In this document: in pieces, positions 12,062 to 21,321 of the stretch | How the letters are laid out: each line of letters begins with the position of its first letter | Position numbering within the stretch: the first letter of the stretch is position 1 | Program-made: the position numbers and the translations under genes | Notes under the pieces: model-generated | What the model was told of the DNA's origin: nothing | What the model saw: only the letters and a program-made list of their open reading frames with translations | The model's database searches: none | Assembly (NCBI GenBank): GCA_963706045.1 | Contig: CAVPLY010000005.1 | Span: 8,279-72,278, forward strand | Direction: 5' to 3' | Source of the DNA: an uncultured Actinomycetota bacterium | GTDB lineage: Bacteria; Actinomycetota; Actinomycetes; JAHEKZ01 | Length of the DNA: 64,000 nucleotides

Positions 12062-12508
12062 TCACGCGACATCGCTCGCCGGATGCTCGGACGGTGCGGT
12101 TGCGTGGGTAGGTGACGGTGGCGACGCTGTCGGGCGGTTCTCAGAATCGGGGCGCGGTGGGCGCGCGAACGAGCCCCGCCCGAGCGCAAGGTCGTGACCG
12201 ACCGACGTTGCCAAGATCTCCAAGGTCTGACGGGGCCCGGTCTCGCTCTGCCAGTTCGAGACACGCAGACGACCCCGCACCATCACCGGCTGCCCCTTGG
12301 CCACCGAAGCAGCGACATGGTCAGCGAGACGGCGGAAACAGATGACATCGAGCCACACTGTCTCGCGTTCCATCCACTTGTTGGACTCTCGGTCGAGGTA
12401 GCGCTCGGCCGTGGCGAGGCGGAACCTGGCCCGGTTGCTGCGCTCACCCGACGTCAGCTGCACGTCAGTGCCCACTGTTCCGTTCACGGTCACGAAGATT
12501 TCGTTCAT
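12062..12508 (-). CDS. Single-stranded DNA-binding (SSB)-like protein
   Basis: OB-fold pattern (NEIFVTVNGTVGTDVQLTSGE...WLDVICFRRLADHVAASVAKGQPVMVRGRLRV). AGGAGG Shine-Dalgarno 5 nt upstream. Position is downstream of ettA, as Rv2478c is in mycobacteria. Confidence 0.8.
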   Translation of the reverse strand: MNEIFVTVNGTVGTDVQLTSGERSNRARFRLATAERYLDRESNKWMERETVWLDVICFRRLADHVAASVAKGQPVMVRGRLRVSNWQSETGPRQTLEILATSVGHDLALGRGSFARPPRPDSENRPTASPPSPTHATAPSEHPASDVA

Positions 12509-12662
12509 GCCTGCCTCCTGTTGTCAGAAGTGAGCAGCCTGCGCCAAATCGCGCGACCCATGGGGCGCCCGCGCTCGTTCTGTGGATAGCGCGCGCGGCA
12601 GCCCGGCTAGGGTGGACAAGTCAGTTGGCGCTCACGCGCGCACCTCGCGAAGGAGACCTCAC

Positions 12663-14075
12663 GTGTCTGACGCTCACCCCAGAGCGCGCTCGGCGGACGC
12701 CTGTGACGCCGTCGTGGTCTTCGGGATCACCGGCGACCTCGCCTACAAGAAGATCTTTCCTGCGCTGCACAACATCGCCCGGGCCGGACGACTCAGAGTG
12801 CCGGTCATCGGCGTCGCCCGCGGCGATCGCACCGAAGAGTGGCTGAGAGACCACATCCGTAGCAGCATCAAGGAGCACGCGGCAGACCCGCACGACGCCG
12901 CGACCGACGAGCTCGAGGGCCGATTGGTTTTCATCGCCGGCGACTACGGCGACCCGGCCACGTTCACCAAGCTGGCCGAGACCCTCAAGAACTACCAGCG
13001 CCCACTCTTCTATCTGGCCATTCCCCCGAGTCTGTTCGAGGTGGTCGTCGAGCACCTGGCTGCCGCGGGTCTGGCTAGGCGTGGTCGCGTCGTGGTCGAG
13101 AAGCCGTTCGGGCGTGATCTCAGCTCGATGACCGAGCTCGACGACGTTCTCCGCGGGGCCTTCGGCGAGGAAGACGTCTTCCGCATCGACCACTACCTCG
13201 GCAAGGAGTCGGTCCAGAACCTGCTCTACTTCCGCTTCGCCAACTCGTTCCTCGAGCCACTGTGGAACCGCAACCACGTGTCGAGCGTGCAGATCACGAT
13301 GGCCGAGGAGTTCGGTGTCGAGGGCCGCGGCGGTCTGTACGAAGAGCTCGGTGCGGTTCGCGACGTCGTGCAGAACCACCTTCTGCAGGTGGTCTCACTC
13401 CTCAGCATGGAGCCACCGGTCAGCATGGAGCCCGGTCCGCTGCGAGATGAGCGCGTCAAGGTTCTCGATGCGATTCGCCAACCAAAATATGACGATCTGG
13501 TGCGTGGCCAGTACGTCGGCTACACCGATGAGCCTGACGTTGCGCCGAACTCGACGACCGAGACATACGCAGCCCTACGACTGCACATCGACTCGTGGCG
13601 CTGGAACGACGTGCCATTCCTGATCAGGGCGGGCAAGCACCTTCCGGTGACCGCCACCGAGGTCCTCGCGACATTCCACCGACCGCCGCAACGCCTCTTC
13701 GACGAGACCCTCCCCCGCGACAGCAACCATCTGCGGTTCCGCCTCGGACCCGATCGGGTGTCGATCGCACTTGGCGTGCGCAGCAAGCGACCGGGCGACG
13801 AGCAGGTCGGACGCAACGTCGAGCTCTACATGTGTGACGACGAGGTGGGATCGATGACCGCCTACGAACGTCTGATAGACGACGCCATCGACGGTGACCC
13901 GACGCTGTTTGCCCGGGCCGACGCCGTCGGTGCGTCGTGGCGGATCGTCGACACTCTGCTCGACGGCCGTACCAAGGAGGCGCCCGAGCTCTATCGCAAA
14001 GGCACCTGGGGACCAGCGGCCGGTGACGCCTTGGCCGCCGATGTCGGCGGCTGGCACGAGCCGGGCAACGAGTAG
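12663..14075 (+). CDS. zwf: Glucose-6-phosphate 1-dehydrogenase
   Basis: [20 protein letters not shown] and IDHYLGKE motifs. GTG start with an AAGGAG Shine-Dalgarno 7 nt upstream. The ORF track extends the frame to 12582. Confidence 0.9.
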   Translation: MSDAHPRARSADACDAVVVFGITGDLAYKKIFPALHNIARAGRLRVPVIGVARGDRTEEWLRDHIRSSIKEHAADPHDAATDELEGRLVFIAGDYGDPATFTKLAETLKNYQRPLFYLAIPPSLFEVVVEHLAAAGLARRGRVVVEKPFGRDLSSMTELDDVLRGAFGEEDVFRIDHYLGKESVQNLLYFRFANSFLEPLWNRNHVSSVQITMAEEFGVEGRGGLYEELGAVRDVVQNHLLQVVSLLSMEPPVSMEPGPLRDERVKVLDAIRQPKYDDLVRGQYVGYTDEPDVAPNSTTETYAALRLHIDSWRWNDVPFLIRAGKHLPVTATEVLATFHRPPQRLFDETLPRDSNHLRFRLGPDRVSIALGVRSKRPGDEQVGRNVELYMCDDEVGSMTAYERLIDDAIDGDPTLFARADAVGASWRIVDTLLDGRTKEAPELYRKGTWGPAAGDALAADVGGWHEPGNE

Positions 14076-14079
14076 GCCG

Positions 14080-14760
14080 ATGCGCGTCGTCGTGAGCCAT
14101 TCGTCAATCGCGGCGGCGCATAAGGCAGCTGACGCCATCTCAGCGCAGATTTCGAGCGCGATCGACGAACGGGGCCAGGCATTCGTTGCGGTGAGCGGTG
14201 GGTCGACTCCGCAGCCGATGTTCGAACGACTCGCAGCCCTTCCCCTGCCGTGGGCAGACGTGCATGTCTTCCAGGTGGACGAGCGAGCCGTGCCGGTGAC
14301 AGACGTCTCGCGCAACTGGCTGCATCAGCAAACGCTGACGAAACACGTGCCATCGGCCAACCTGCATCCAATGCCGGTGGAAGCGACCAACGGCGACCAG
14401 ATGTATGCCACCGAGATGAGAGCCACCATGGGCAGCCCTCTTACCTTCGACGTCGTGCACCTCGGCATGGGAGATGACGGCCACACCGCGTCACTGTTTC
14501 CGGACGACCCGGCGCTGAGCGTGTTCGACCACGACGTCGTGTGGACCAGCGAACACCGGGGTCATCGGCGCATGACGCTGACCCTCCCCACCCTCGCGCG
14601 CGCTCGCCATCAGGTATGGCTGGCGGCCGGTGCAGACAAGGCACCCGCCGTGCGCGACCTCACTGAGTCTGGAGCCAGGTCGCCTGCAGCAATGGTCGCT
14701 GCGGGAGCCGATGCCACCCTCTTCACCGACGCGGACGCGGCCGCGATGGTGACGAGCTGA
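14080..14760 (+). CDS. pgl: 6-phosphogluconolactonase
   Basis: ATG lies 4 nt after the zwf stop. FVAVSGGSTPQPMFERL...HVFQVDERAV is the Pgl/NagB fold signature. Confidence 0.85.
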   Translation: MRVVVSHSSIAAAHKAADAISAQISSAIDERGQAFVAVSGGSTPQPMFERLAALPLPWADVHVFQVDERAVPVTDVSRNWLHQQTLTKHVPSANLHPMPVEATNGDQMYATEMRATMGSPLTFDVVHLGMGDDGHTASLFPDDPALSVFDHDVVWTSEHRGHRRMTLTLPTLARARHQVWLAAGADKAPAVRDLTESGARSPAAMVAAGADATLFTDADAAAMVTS

Positions 14761-14761
14761 C

Positions 14762-16579
14762 ATGTCACGACCGCTCGAGGACTACGCACTGATCGGCGAT
14801 ACCCGGACGGCTGCCCTGGTGGGTCTCGATGGTGCCATCGACTGGATGTGTGTGCCCCGCTTCGACTCAGGTGCGTGCTTCGCCGCCTTGTTGGGAGACT
14901 CCGAGCACGGGCGGTGGTCGATCCATCCCGACGAAGAGGTGCTCAGCGTCGAGCGCGCCTACCGGGGCGACACACTCGTCGTGGACACGACGATGCACAC
15001 GGTGGCCGGCGCCATCCGCATCACCGATCTCATGGTTCCGGAGGCCGACCATCCAACCGTGATCAGACAGGTAACGGGGCTGTCCGGCCACGTGAGGGTC
15101 ACCACCGAACTGAGGTTGAGGTTCGACTACGGAAGCATCGTTCCCTGGGTGAGCCAGATCGATGGTCGGTTGCACGCCATCGCCGGGCCGGATGCCGTCA
15201 TCGTCGACGCATCCGTGCCACTGGTGGGGCGCAACATGCATACGCAGGCGACCTTCGACGTCGGCGCCGGTGAGTCGGTCTCGTTCGTCTTCATCCACCA
15301 CCCATCGCATGAGCCCTTGCCCGAGCGCATCGACGCAGGAGAGGCCATCACGTCGGCCGTCGACTGGTGGACCTCATGGATGCGGGGGTGCACCGCCTCT
15401 GGCCCCCATGCCGGGGCGATGCGTCGCTCGGCCATCACGCTGAAAGCACTGACGTTCGGCCCCACCGGGGGAATCGTGGCCGCGCCCACCACCTCACTCC
15501 CTGAAGAGATCGGTGGCGAGCGCAACTGGGACTATCGCTTCTGCTGGCTCCGCGACGGCACCTTCACGCTCTACGCCTTAATCGTGAACGGGTTCCACCA
15601 AGAGGCAACGCAGTGGCGCCGCTGGCTGCTCAGAGCAGCTGCCGGACGCCCCGAAGACCTGCAAGTTCTCTACGGCGTCGCTGGTGAGCGCCGCATCCCC
15701 GAGCAGAGCGTCGACTGGCTGCCCGGCTACGCCGACTCCCGTCCAGTACGTATAGGAAACGCTGCGCGGCGCCAGTTCCAGCTGGACGTCTTCGGCGAGG
15801 TGCTCGACGTACTGCACCTCACACGACGCTTCGATGGGGCGCACCCAGAGTCCGATGAGGCGTGGAGCCTGCAGCTGGAGATTCTCAAACATCTCGAGTC
15901 GATCTGGGATCAACCGGACTCATCGCTGTGGGAGGTGCGCGGGCCGCTGCGGCACTTCACCCACAGCAAGGTCATGGCATGGGTGGGATTCGACCGAGCG
16001 GTGAAGGCCGTCGAGCGGTACGGCCGTGAGGGTCCGGTAGACGACTGGCGAAAAACTCGCGACGCCATTCATGCCCAGGTGTTCGAGCACGGGTTCGACG
16101 TCGAGCAGAACACGTTCGTGCAGGCCTATGGCCACGCGTCGGTCGACGCGGCACTGCTGATGCTTCCCCTCGTCGGGTTCATCCGCGCCGACGACCCACG
16201 CATGCTGGGAACCGTCGAGGCCATTGAGCGCACTCTCATGCGTGATGGTCTCGTGCTGCGGTACATCCCCGACCGCCATCTTGAGGGACTGCCCGGCGAT
16301 GAGGGTTGCTTCCTGCCCTGTTCGTTCTGGCTCGCCGACAACTACGCGCTCCAGGGGCGCATGGACGAAGCCCGTCAGCTGTTCGAGCGACTACTCGGGC
16401 TGAGCAATGACGTCGGTCTGCTGGCCGAGGAGTACGACACAGCGAGCGGCCGGATGGTGGGCAACTTCCCTCAGGCCTTCACCCATGTAGCGCTCGTCAA
16501 CACCGCCCACAACCTGTCGTCAGGGGCTAGTCCGGCCCGTCACCGTTCGTCAGAGTCGTCAACCGACGTCACGGGGTGA
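14762..16579 (+). CDS. Glycoside hydrolase family 15 (glucoamylase/glucodextranase-like)
   Basis: MSRPLEDYALIGDTRTAALVGLDGAIDWMCVPRFDSGACFAALLG is the GH15 N-terminal signature. The start lies 1 nt after the pgl stop, so zwf-pgl-GH15 is likely one operon. Confidence 0.85.
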   Translation: MSRPLEDYALIGDTRTAALVGLDGAIDWMCVPRFDSGACFAALLGDSEHGRWSIHPDEEVLSVERAYRGDTLVVDTTMHTVAGAIRITDLMVPEADHPTVIRQVTGLSGHVRVTTELRLRFDYGSIVPWVSQIDGRLHAIAGPDAVIVDASVPLVGRNMHTQATFDVGAGESVSFVFIHHPSHEPLPERIDAGEAITSAVDWWTSWMRGCTASGPHAGAMRRSAITLKALTFGPTGGIVAAPTTSLPEEIGGERNWDYRFCWLRDGTFTLYALIVNGFHQEATQWRRWLLRAAAGRPEDLQVLYGVAGERRIPEQSVDWLPGYADSRPVRIGNAARRQFQLDVFGEVLDVLHLTRRFDGAHPESDEAWSLQLEILKHLESIWDQPDSSLWEVRGPLRHFTHSKVMAWVGFDRAVKAVERYGREGPVDDWRKTRDAIHAQVFEHGFDVEQNTFVQAYGHASVDAALLMLPLVGFIRADDPRMLGTVEAIERTLMRDGLVLRYIPDRHLEGLPGDEGCFLPCSFWLADNYALQGRMDEARQLFERLLGLSNDVGLLAEEYDTASGRMVGNFPQAFTHVALVNTAHNLSSGASPARHRSSESSTDVTG

Positions 16580-17466
16580 CCACCGAAGGAGTTCCGCATC
16601 AGCGCGAGCAGCTGGTTGCCATAGTTGCCGTTGCCTTGGCTTGAGAAACGCTGCATCAGCGCCGCCGTGATCACCGGTGCCGGTACTCCGAGGTCGATCG
16701 CCTCCAAAGCCGTCCAGCGGCCTTCGCCGGAGTCGGCCACGACCGGAGCCACATCGCCCAGAGTGACATCGTTCTCCAGCACGGACGCCGTCAGGTCGAG
16801 CAGCCACGACCGGATCACCGTGCCGTACCGCCATGCCTCGGCGACGCCCGGAATGTCGGTGACCAGGTCGTCCCGCGCCTGCAGCAGCGCGAAACCCTCG
16901 GCAAGGGCCTGCATGGCGCCGTACTCAATCCCGTTGTGGACCATCTTGGTGAAGTGGCCGGCTCCCACGGGGCCGGCGTGCACCCATCCGGAGTCCGGTG
17001 TTGGCGCCAGCGTCCGAAGAACAGGAGACACCCGCTCGATGTCCGCCTTTGTGCCACCGGCCATGAGGCCGTAGCCCTCTGACAAGCCCCACACGCCACC
17101 TGACACCCCGACGTCCACGAAGGTGAGCCCCTCAGCCTGGAGCAGGTCGGCACGCCTAAGCGAGTCGTGGTAGTTGGCGTTGCCGCCGTCGACCACAAGA
17201 TCTCCCTCGGAGAGCAGCCCGCTGACCTCCAGCAGAACGGCGTCAGTCACCGCTCCGGCCGGGAGCATGAGCCACACGACGCGCGGGGCGCTGAGAGCAT
17301 GCACCGCGTCCGCGACCGACGCCACAGCGGTCACTCCCGATTCATCGGCGAGTGCCTTTCGTGCTGCCGGGTCCGGGTCGACGGCGGTGACGAGGTGACC
17401 ACCGCGGGCAAGTCGACGTGTCATGTTGCCGCCCATGCGGCCCAGACCTACTAGCGCCAGCTCCAT
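16540..17466 (-). CDS. gnd: 6-phosphogluconate dehydrogenase, decarboxylating (short ~300-aa form)
   Basis: MELALVGLGRMGGNMTRRL is the NAD-binding Rossmann N-terminus. Length 308 aa. Its 3' end overlaps the convergent GH15 gene by 40 nt. Confidence 0.9.
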   Translation of the reverse strand: MELALVGLGRMGGNMTRRLARGGHLVTAVDPDPAARKALADESGVTAVASVADAVHALSAPRVVWLMLPAGAVTDAVLLEVSGLLSEGDLVVDGGNANYHDSLRRADLLQAEGLTFVDVGVSGGVWGLSEGYGLMAGGTKADIERVSPVLRTLAPTPDSGWVHAGPVGAGHFTKMVHNGIEYGAMQALAEGFALLQARDDLVTDIPGVAEAWRYGTVIRSWLLDLTASVLENDVTLGDVAPVVADSGEGRWTALEAIDLGVPAPVITAALMQRFSSQGNGNYGNQLLALMRNSFGGHPVTSVDDSDER

Positions 17467-17511
17467 GTCGCCTCCGACGAGTCGTGAATCGTCCGGTGTA
17501 CAACAGCGAGC

Positions 17512-18786
17512 CTAGGCGCTGAGGCGCTCCAGCGCGGCGGCGAGTTGTCCAGCACCGATCCGGGCCAGGCGAATCTCGGCCAAGGTCCAGGGGCGCGCCT
17601 CGTCCCGAAAGAGGGTGAGCAGACCGATGGCGTCGCCCTGCGTCACGACGGGCACCAGGAGTAGTGCCCCGTACCCCAGCTCGGCCAGTCGATCCTGCTG
17701 CTGCTGATCAGACATGGGCTCGCCGCGCAGCACCTGCGCTGCTCGTCGCGACTCAATGGTCCACTGCAGAAGCGGATTCTCGTCCAGTGGCCGCACTGGG
17801 CCAACGTTCGCCCAGCTCTGGTGATTCAAGGCAACCAAGCAGCCTTCGCTCTCGTTCACGAGGTCAATGCCGACATCGACTGCGCCCAGCATCCGGGTCA
17901 GTTCGACGACGGCATGCTGCACGTCGACGACTTCCTCGGCCTCGCCGAATCGTTCGGCGACGCGGTCGAGCTGGACCATCTCGTTGAGGAGGATGTCTTG
18001 TCGCGGCGTGGCACTGAGCGCCTGCTGGTGAACGGCTCGGGCCGCCTCCACCGCTTGGCGTCCTGGGAACGTCCACGTAGGCCGAGCTGGCGAGAACAGG
18101 AAGCCTTGGCCGTAGGCAATATCAAGTTCAGCCACCACCTCGAGCGTCGACTGCTCTTCGATGCCCTCGGCGATCACGCCAGCACCAACGCGAGACGCAA
18201 ACCGCACCAGGCTCTCCACCATGATCCGCGAGACCTCGTCGGTCTCCAGCTGAGTCACCAGCGATCGGTCGATCTTGATCAGGTCGGGGCGGACGCTGAC
18301 CAGGCGCTCGAGCCCGGCATACCCCGTGCCCAGGTCGTCGATCGCCAGCCTGGCGCCCCGCGCACGCAACCAGTCGGCGGTGAGCCTTAGCTCGCTGGTC
18401 GGGACGTAGTGCGACTCGGTGAGCTCCACCACAATTCCAGCGAGGTCACGGTCGAAGATGTCACGGACAAGGTCCATGTTGAGTGCTCGCGGGCTGACGT
18501 TGACGGCCAGGTAGGTGCCGGCGGGCCGTCCCTCCATACGTAGTGCGGCCCGGAGGGCCTCGGCCTCAAGATCGGGTCCCATGCCCGTCGCCCAGGCACG
18601 CTCGAAGGCCTCCGCCACCGGACCTCGGTACTCATCGAATCGGGCCAGGGCCTCGAATCCGACGGTCAAGCCGGTGGTGAGCGCCACGATCGGCTGCGCC
18701 CAGGCACGGATGGCGCCAAGCACCGGCCAGGCCGGTGGGCGCTCCGACTCGGTGAGCGAAGCAGTCACGGTCTCCATATCGACCAC
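17512..18786 (-). CDS. EAL-domain cyclic-di-GMP phosphodiesterase with C-terminal GAF-like domain
   Basis: QPIV...GFEALARF, ELTE and DDLGTGYAGL...GVIAEGIE...GQGFLFS motifs cover the EAL catalytic residues. The C-terminal ~150 aa look GAF-like. Confidence 0.8.
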   Translation of the reverse strand: MVDMETVTASLTESERPPAWPVLGAIRAWAQPIVALTTGLTVGFEALARFDEYRGPVAEAFERAWATGMGPDLEAEALRAALRMEGRPAGTYLAVNVSPRALNMDLVRDIFDRDLAGIVVELTESHYVPTSELRLTADWLRARGARLAIDDLGTGYAGLERLVSVRPDLIKIDRSLVTQLETDEVSRIMVESLVRFASRVGAGVIAEGIEEQSTLEVVAELDIAYGQGFLFSPARPTWTFPGRQAVEAARAVHQQALSATPRQDILLNEMVQLDRVAERFGEAEEVVDVQHAVVELTRMLGAVDVGIDLVNESEGCLVALNHQSWANVGPVRPLDENPLLQWTIESRRAAQVLRGEPMSDQQQQDRLAELGYGALLLVPVVTQGDAIGLLTLFRDEARPWTLAEIRLARIGAGQLAAALERLSA

Positions 18787-20086
18787 TCAAGCGCGGTCTG
18801 AAGTCAGCAGGTGGCAGGTCCTCACGTCGTGAGGAGGCAGTTTCGACTTGGTCGCGAACTGGCATCAGGCGCGAGTCGACCACGTTGGGACGCATCGCCG
18901 TGCCGAATGGCTCGAGGTAGCGCCTGATCGCGATCGCCGCCGCCGCGCCTTCACCCGCGGCCGCAGCCGCTTGCTTCGTGCTTCCGCTGCGCACATCACC
19001 GGCAACGAAGACACCGGCCTGCGAGGTCTGCATCCCGGCGTCTGCCGCGACGAATCCTTGCTCGTCGAGATCGACCAGGTCGACCACCAATGAGGCGTTG
19101 GGCGTGAGTCCGATGAACACGAAGGCCGCCGGCGTCGTGATCGTCTCGCGGGCACCGTCGCTGCCTTCCACCACGACCCCGGTGAGCTTGCCGCCTTCGC
19201 CGACGAACTCGACCGGACTGGTGTTGGCGAGGACCTTGATGTCGTCGCTGCGCTGCACCTTCTCGACAGCCGCAGCGCTCGCGCTCAGCCGATCGGAGTT
19301 CGTGACGAGGGTGACCGTCTGGTCGAGTGTGGTGAGGAAGAGGCTCTCTTCGGTCGCGGAGTTGCCGCCACCGACGACCACGACAGACTCGCCGCGGTAG
19401 AAGGCGCCGTCACACGTGGCGCAGAAGTGCACGCCGGAGCCGATGAAGTCTTCCTCGCCCGGGATTCCCAGCCGACGGTAGGTGGAGCCGGTCGCCACCA
19501 GGAGCGCATGCGAGCGGTAGGCGTCCCCAGTGCCAGTTGTCACGACCTTCTGGTCACCTCGTACCGCGATGGAGGAAACCTCGGTGGCAGACAGGATCTC
19601 GACACCGAATCGCTCGGCCTGGCGACGCAAACGGTCAGCGAAGTCACTGCCGGCGACACCGTCAGGAAAGCCAGGGAAGTTGTCGACCTGGTCGGTAATT
19701 CCGATCGTGCCGCCGACTGCACCCGACTCGACGACGAGCGTGGGGATACCCTCGCGTGCGGCGTAGATCGCCGCCGTCAGCCCGGCGACGCCGCTGCCGA
19801 CAATGATGAGCGAGTAGAAGCGATGCTGGGCTTCGGTACGGAGCCCGAGCTTGGCCGCCAGATCGGCATTGCTGGGTTCGACCAGAGTGCTGCCATCGTC
19901 GAACACAAGAACCGGGATAATGAGCTTTCCGTCGTTGACTCGCTCGACTTCGGCACGGCCGGCGGCGTCATCGTCCACGTCGGTGAACTCGTAGGGCACG
20001 CGCTGCTCGCTCAGGAACTGCTTGGCTCTGTGGCAGTCGGGGCACCAGGCAGTTCCGTACATCTGGATCGGACGAGCAGCAGGCAT
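18632..20086 (-). CDS. Glutaredoxin-like (CPDC) domain fused to thioredoxin-disulfide reductase; unusual ~90-aa Arg-rich C-terminal extension
   Basis: N-terminal MYGTAWCPDCHRAKQF is an NrdH/mycoredoxin-like domain. It is followed by a complete TrxR: GSGVAGLTAAIYAARE FAD site, CATC redox centre and GGGNSA NADPH site. GAAGGGA Shine-Dalgarno precedes the ATG at 20086. The frame stays open about 270 nt past the normal TrxR end and overlaps the EAL gene by about 150 nt. Confidence 0.8.
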   Translation of the reverse strand: MPAARPIQMYGTAWCPDCHRAKQFLSEQRVPYEFTDVDDDAAGRAEVERVNDGKLIIPVLVFDDGSTLVEPSNADLAAKLGLRTEAQHRFYSLIIVGSGVAGLTAAIYAAREGIPTLVVESGAVGGTIGITDQVDNFPGFPDGVAGSDFADRLRRQAERFGVEILSATEVSSIAVRGDQKVVTTGTGDAYRSHALLVATGSTYRRLGIPGEEDFIGSGVHFCATCDGAFYRGESVVVVGGGNSATEESLFLTTLDQTVTLVTNSDRLSASAAAVEKVQRSDDIKVLANTSPVEFVGEGGKLTGVVVEGSDGARETITTPAAFVFIGLTPNASLVVDLVDLDEQGFVAADAGMQTSQAGVFVAGDVRSGSTKQAAAAAGEGAAAAIAIRRYLEPFGTAMRPNVVDSRLMPVRDQVETASSRREDLPPADFRPRLSGRYGDRDCFAHRVGAPTGLAGAWRHPCLGAADRGAHHRLDRRIRGPGPIR

Positions 20087-20173
20087 CAAGGGGTCCCTTC
20101 GATGGAGTAACGATCGCAGTAACGCCTTTGGAGGCCGATGCCTTCCCGCGTTCAAACTCCGTAAGGTTGGGCC

Positions 20174-20650
20174 ATGGCGGCAAAGCTCAGTGCCGGTCTC
20201 TTGCCCTACCGCTGGCGCGGCGAGTGGCTTGAGGTCTTCCTCGTCCACCCGGGCGGTCCGTTCTGGGCGACAAAGGACGACGGTGCGTGGTCCATCGCCA
20301 AGGGTGAGTACGACAGGGGCGAAGACCCTTGGCGCACCGCCCTGCGGGAGTGGGAAGAGGAGATTGGCCAACCCGCTCCCAGCGGGGAGGCCACACTGCT
20401 CGGCGAGTACCGGCAGCCGAGCGGCAAGCTCATCACTGGCTTCGCCATCGACGCCGATTTCGAGGTCGACGAAGTGGTCAGCAACACGTTCACGATGGAG
20501 TGGCCACCACGCTCAGGTGTCGTTGGCGAGTTCCCTGAAGTGGACCGGGCCGAGTGGATGCCACTTGAGATTGCCAGACTGAAGCTGATCGCCGGCCAGC
20601 AGCCCTTTCTCGACCGATTGAAGATGCTCCTAGGGACAGTGGGAGCCTGA
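20174..20650 (+). CDS. NUDIX hydrolase
   Basis: Nudix box REWEEEIG within a 158-aa ORF. Divergent from the trxB-fusion gene. Confidence 0.85.
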   Translation: MAAKLSAGLLPYRWRGEWLEVFLVHPGGPFWATKDDGAWSIAKGEYDRGEDPWRTALREWEEEIGQPAPSGEATLLGEYRQPSGKLITGFAIDADFEVDEVVSNTFTMEWPPRSGVVGEFPEVDRAEWMPLEIARLKLIAGQQPFLDRLKMLLGTVGA

Positions 20651-20801
20651 ACACTCCCTCAACGCTTGCGAGTGAAAGTTCCTCGCGCCATCTTCCTGCC
20701 AATGTCACGCAATCACTTGTCTCCGCTCTGTCTGACCCCTACCGTTCACCCAAGATCATTTCCCTCAGGTGCGATCCCCGTCATCTGCCGGCGACGCCCC
20801 T

Positions 20802-20816
20802 TACCCCACAGGGGGA
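20802..20816. promoter_or_regulatory. Candidate copper-repressor (RicR/CsoR-like) operator TACCC-N5-GGGGA overlapping the RBS of the membrane-protein/multicopper-oxidase operon
   Basis: TACCCCACAGGGGGA lies 4 nt before the ATG at 20820. It differs from the mycobacterial RicR palindrome TACCC-N5-GGGTA by one position. Confidence 0.25.
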
Positions 20817-20819
20817 TTC

Positions 20820-21287
20820 ATGAGAACCACCTATCGCGTCATCGCCTACATCATTGCCGCCGAAGTCGCCATCCAGGCCGCGGCGGTGGCCTATGCCCTG
20901 TTCGGTCTGGGGATCTGGATCGACAAGGACGGCGGGGTTCTGGACAAGGCCGCCATAGAGAGCGAGCCCGACTTCCCCGGAGTCATCGGCTTCGCGGTGC
21001 ACGGCATGAACGGGATGATGCTCATCCCGTTGATCGCGCTGATCTTCTTCATCGTCTCTTTCTTCGCCAAGGTCCCCGGTGGCGTCAAGTGGGCGGGCTT
21101 CGTGCTCATCGCCGTGATTGTTCAGGTCACTCTCGGGTTGTTCGGCCACGAAGCTGCGAGCTTGGGTATTTTGCACGGGCTCAACGCGCTTCTGTTGTTC
21201 TCGCTCGCCGTCATGGCCGGCAAGCGTGCTGGGACGGCGAGCTCACAGCCCGCATCCGGAAGCCCAGCGGCTTCCACCTCGGTCTGA
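20820..21287 (+). CDS. Integral membrane protein (hypothetical); first gene of the multicopper-oxidase operon
   Basis: Four predicted transmembrane helices. ATG preceded by an AGGGGGA Shine-Dalgarno. It sits in an atypically low-GC upstream region. Confidence 0.6.
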   Translation: MRTTYRVIAYIIAAEVAIQAAAVAYALFGLGIWIDKDGGVLDKAAIESEPDFPGVIGFAVHGMNGMMLIPLIALIFFIVSFFAKVPGGVKWAGFVLIAVIVQVTLGLFGHEAASLGILHGLNALLLFSLAVMAGKRAGTASSQPASGSPAASTSV

Positions 21288-21321
21288 GCCTTTCCGCAAC
21301 ATCGGACTCAGGATCTCCACG

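Noticed and set aside
13575-14315. 246-aa antisense ORF spanning the zwf/pgl junction, and similar long antisense ORFs inside the MscS, ettA and GH15 genes
   Set aside because: Same reasoning: a GC-driven open frame opposite a highly conserved sense gene, with no Shine-Dalgarno sequence.
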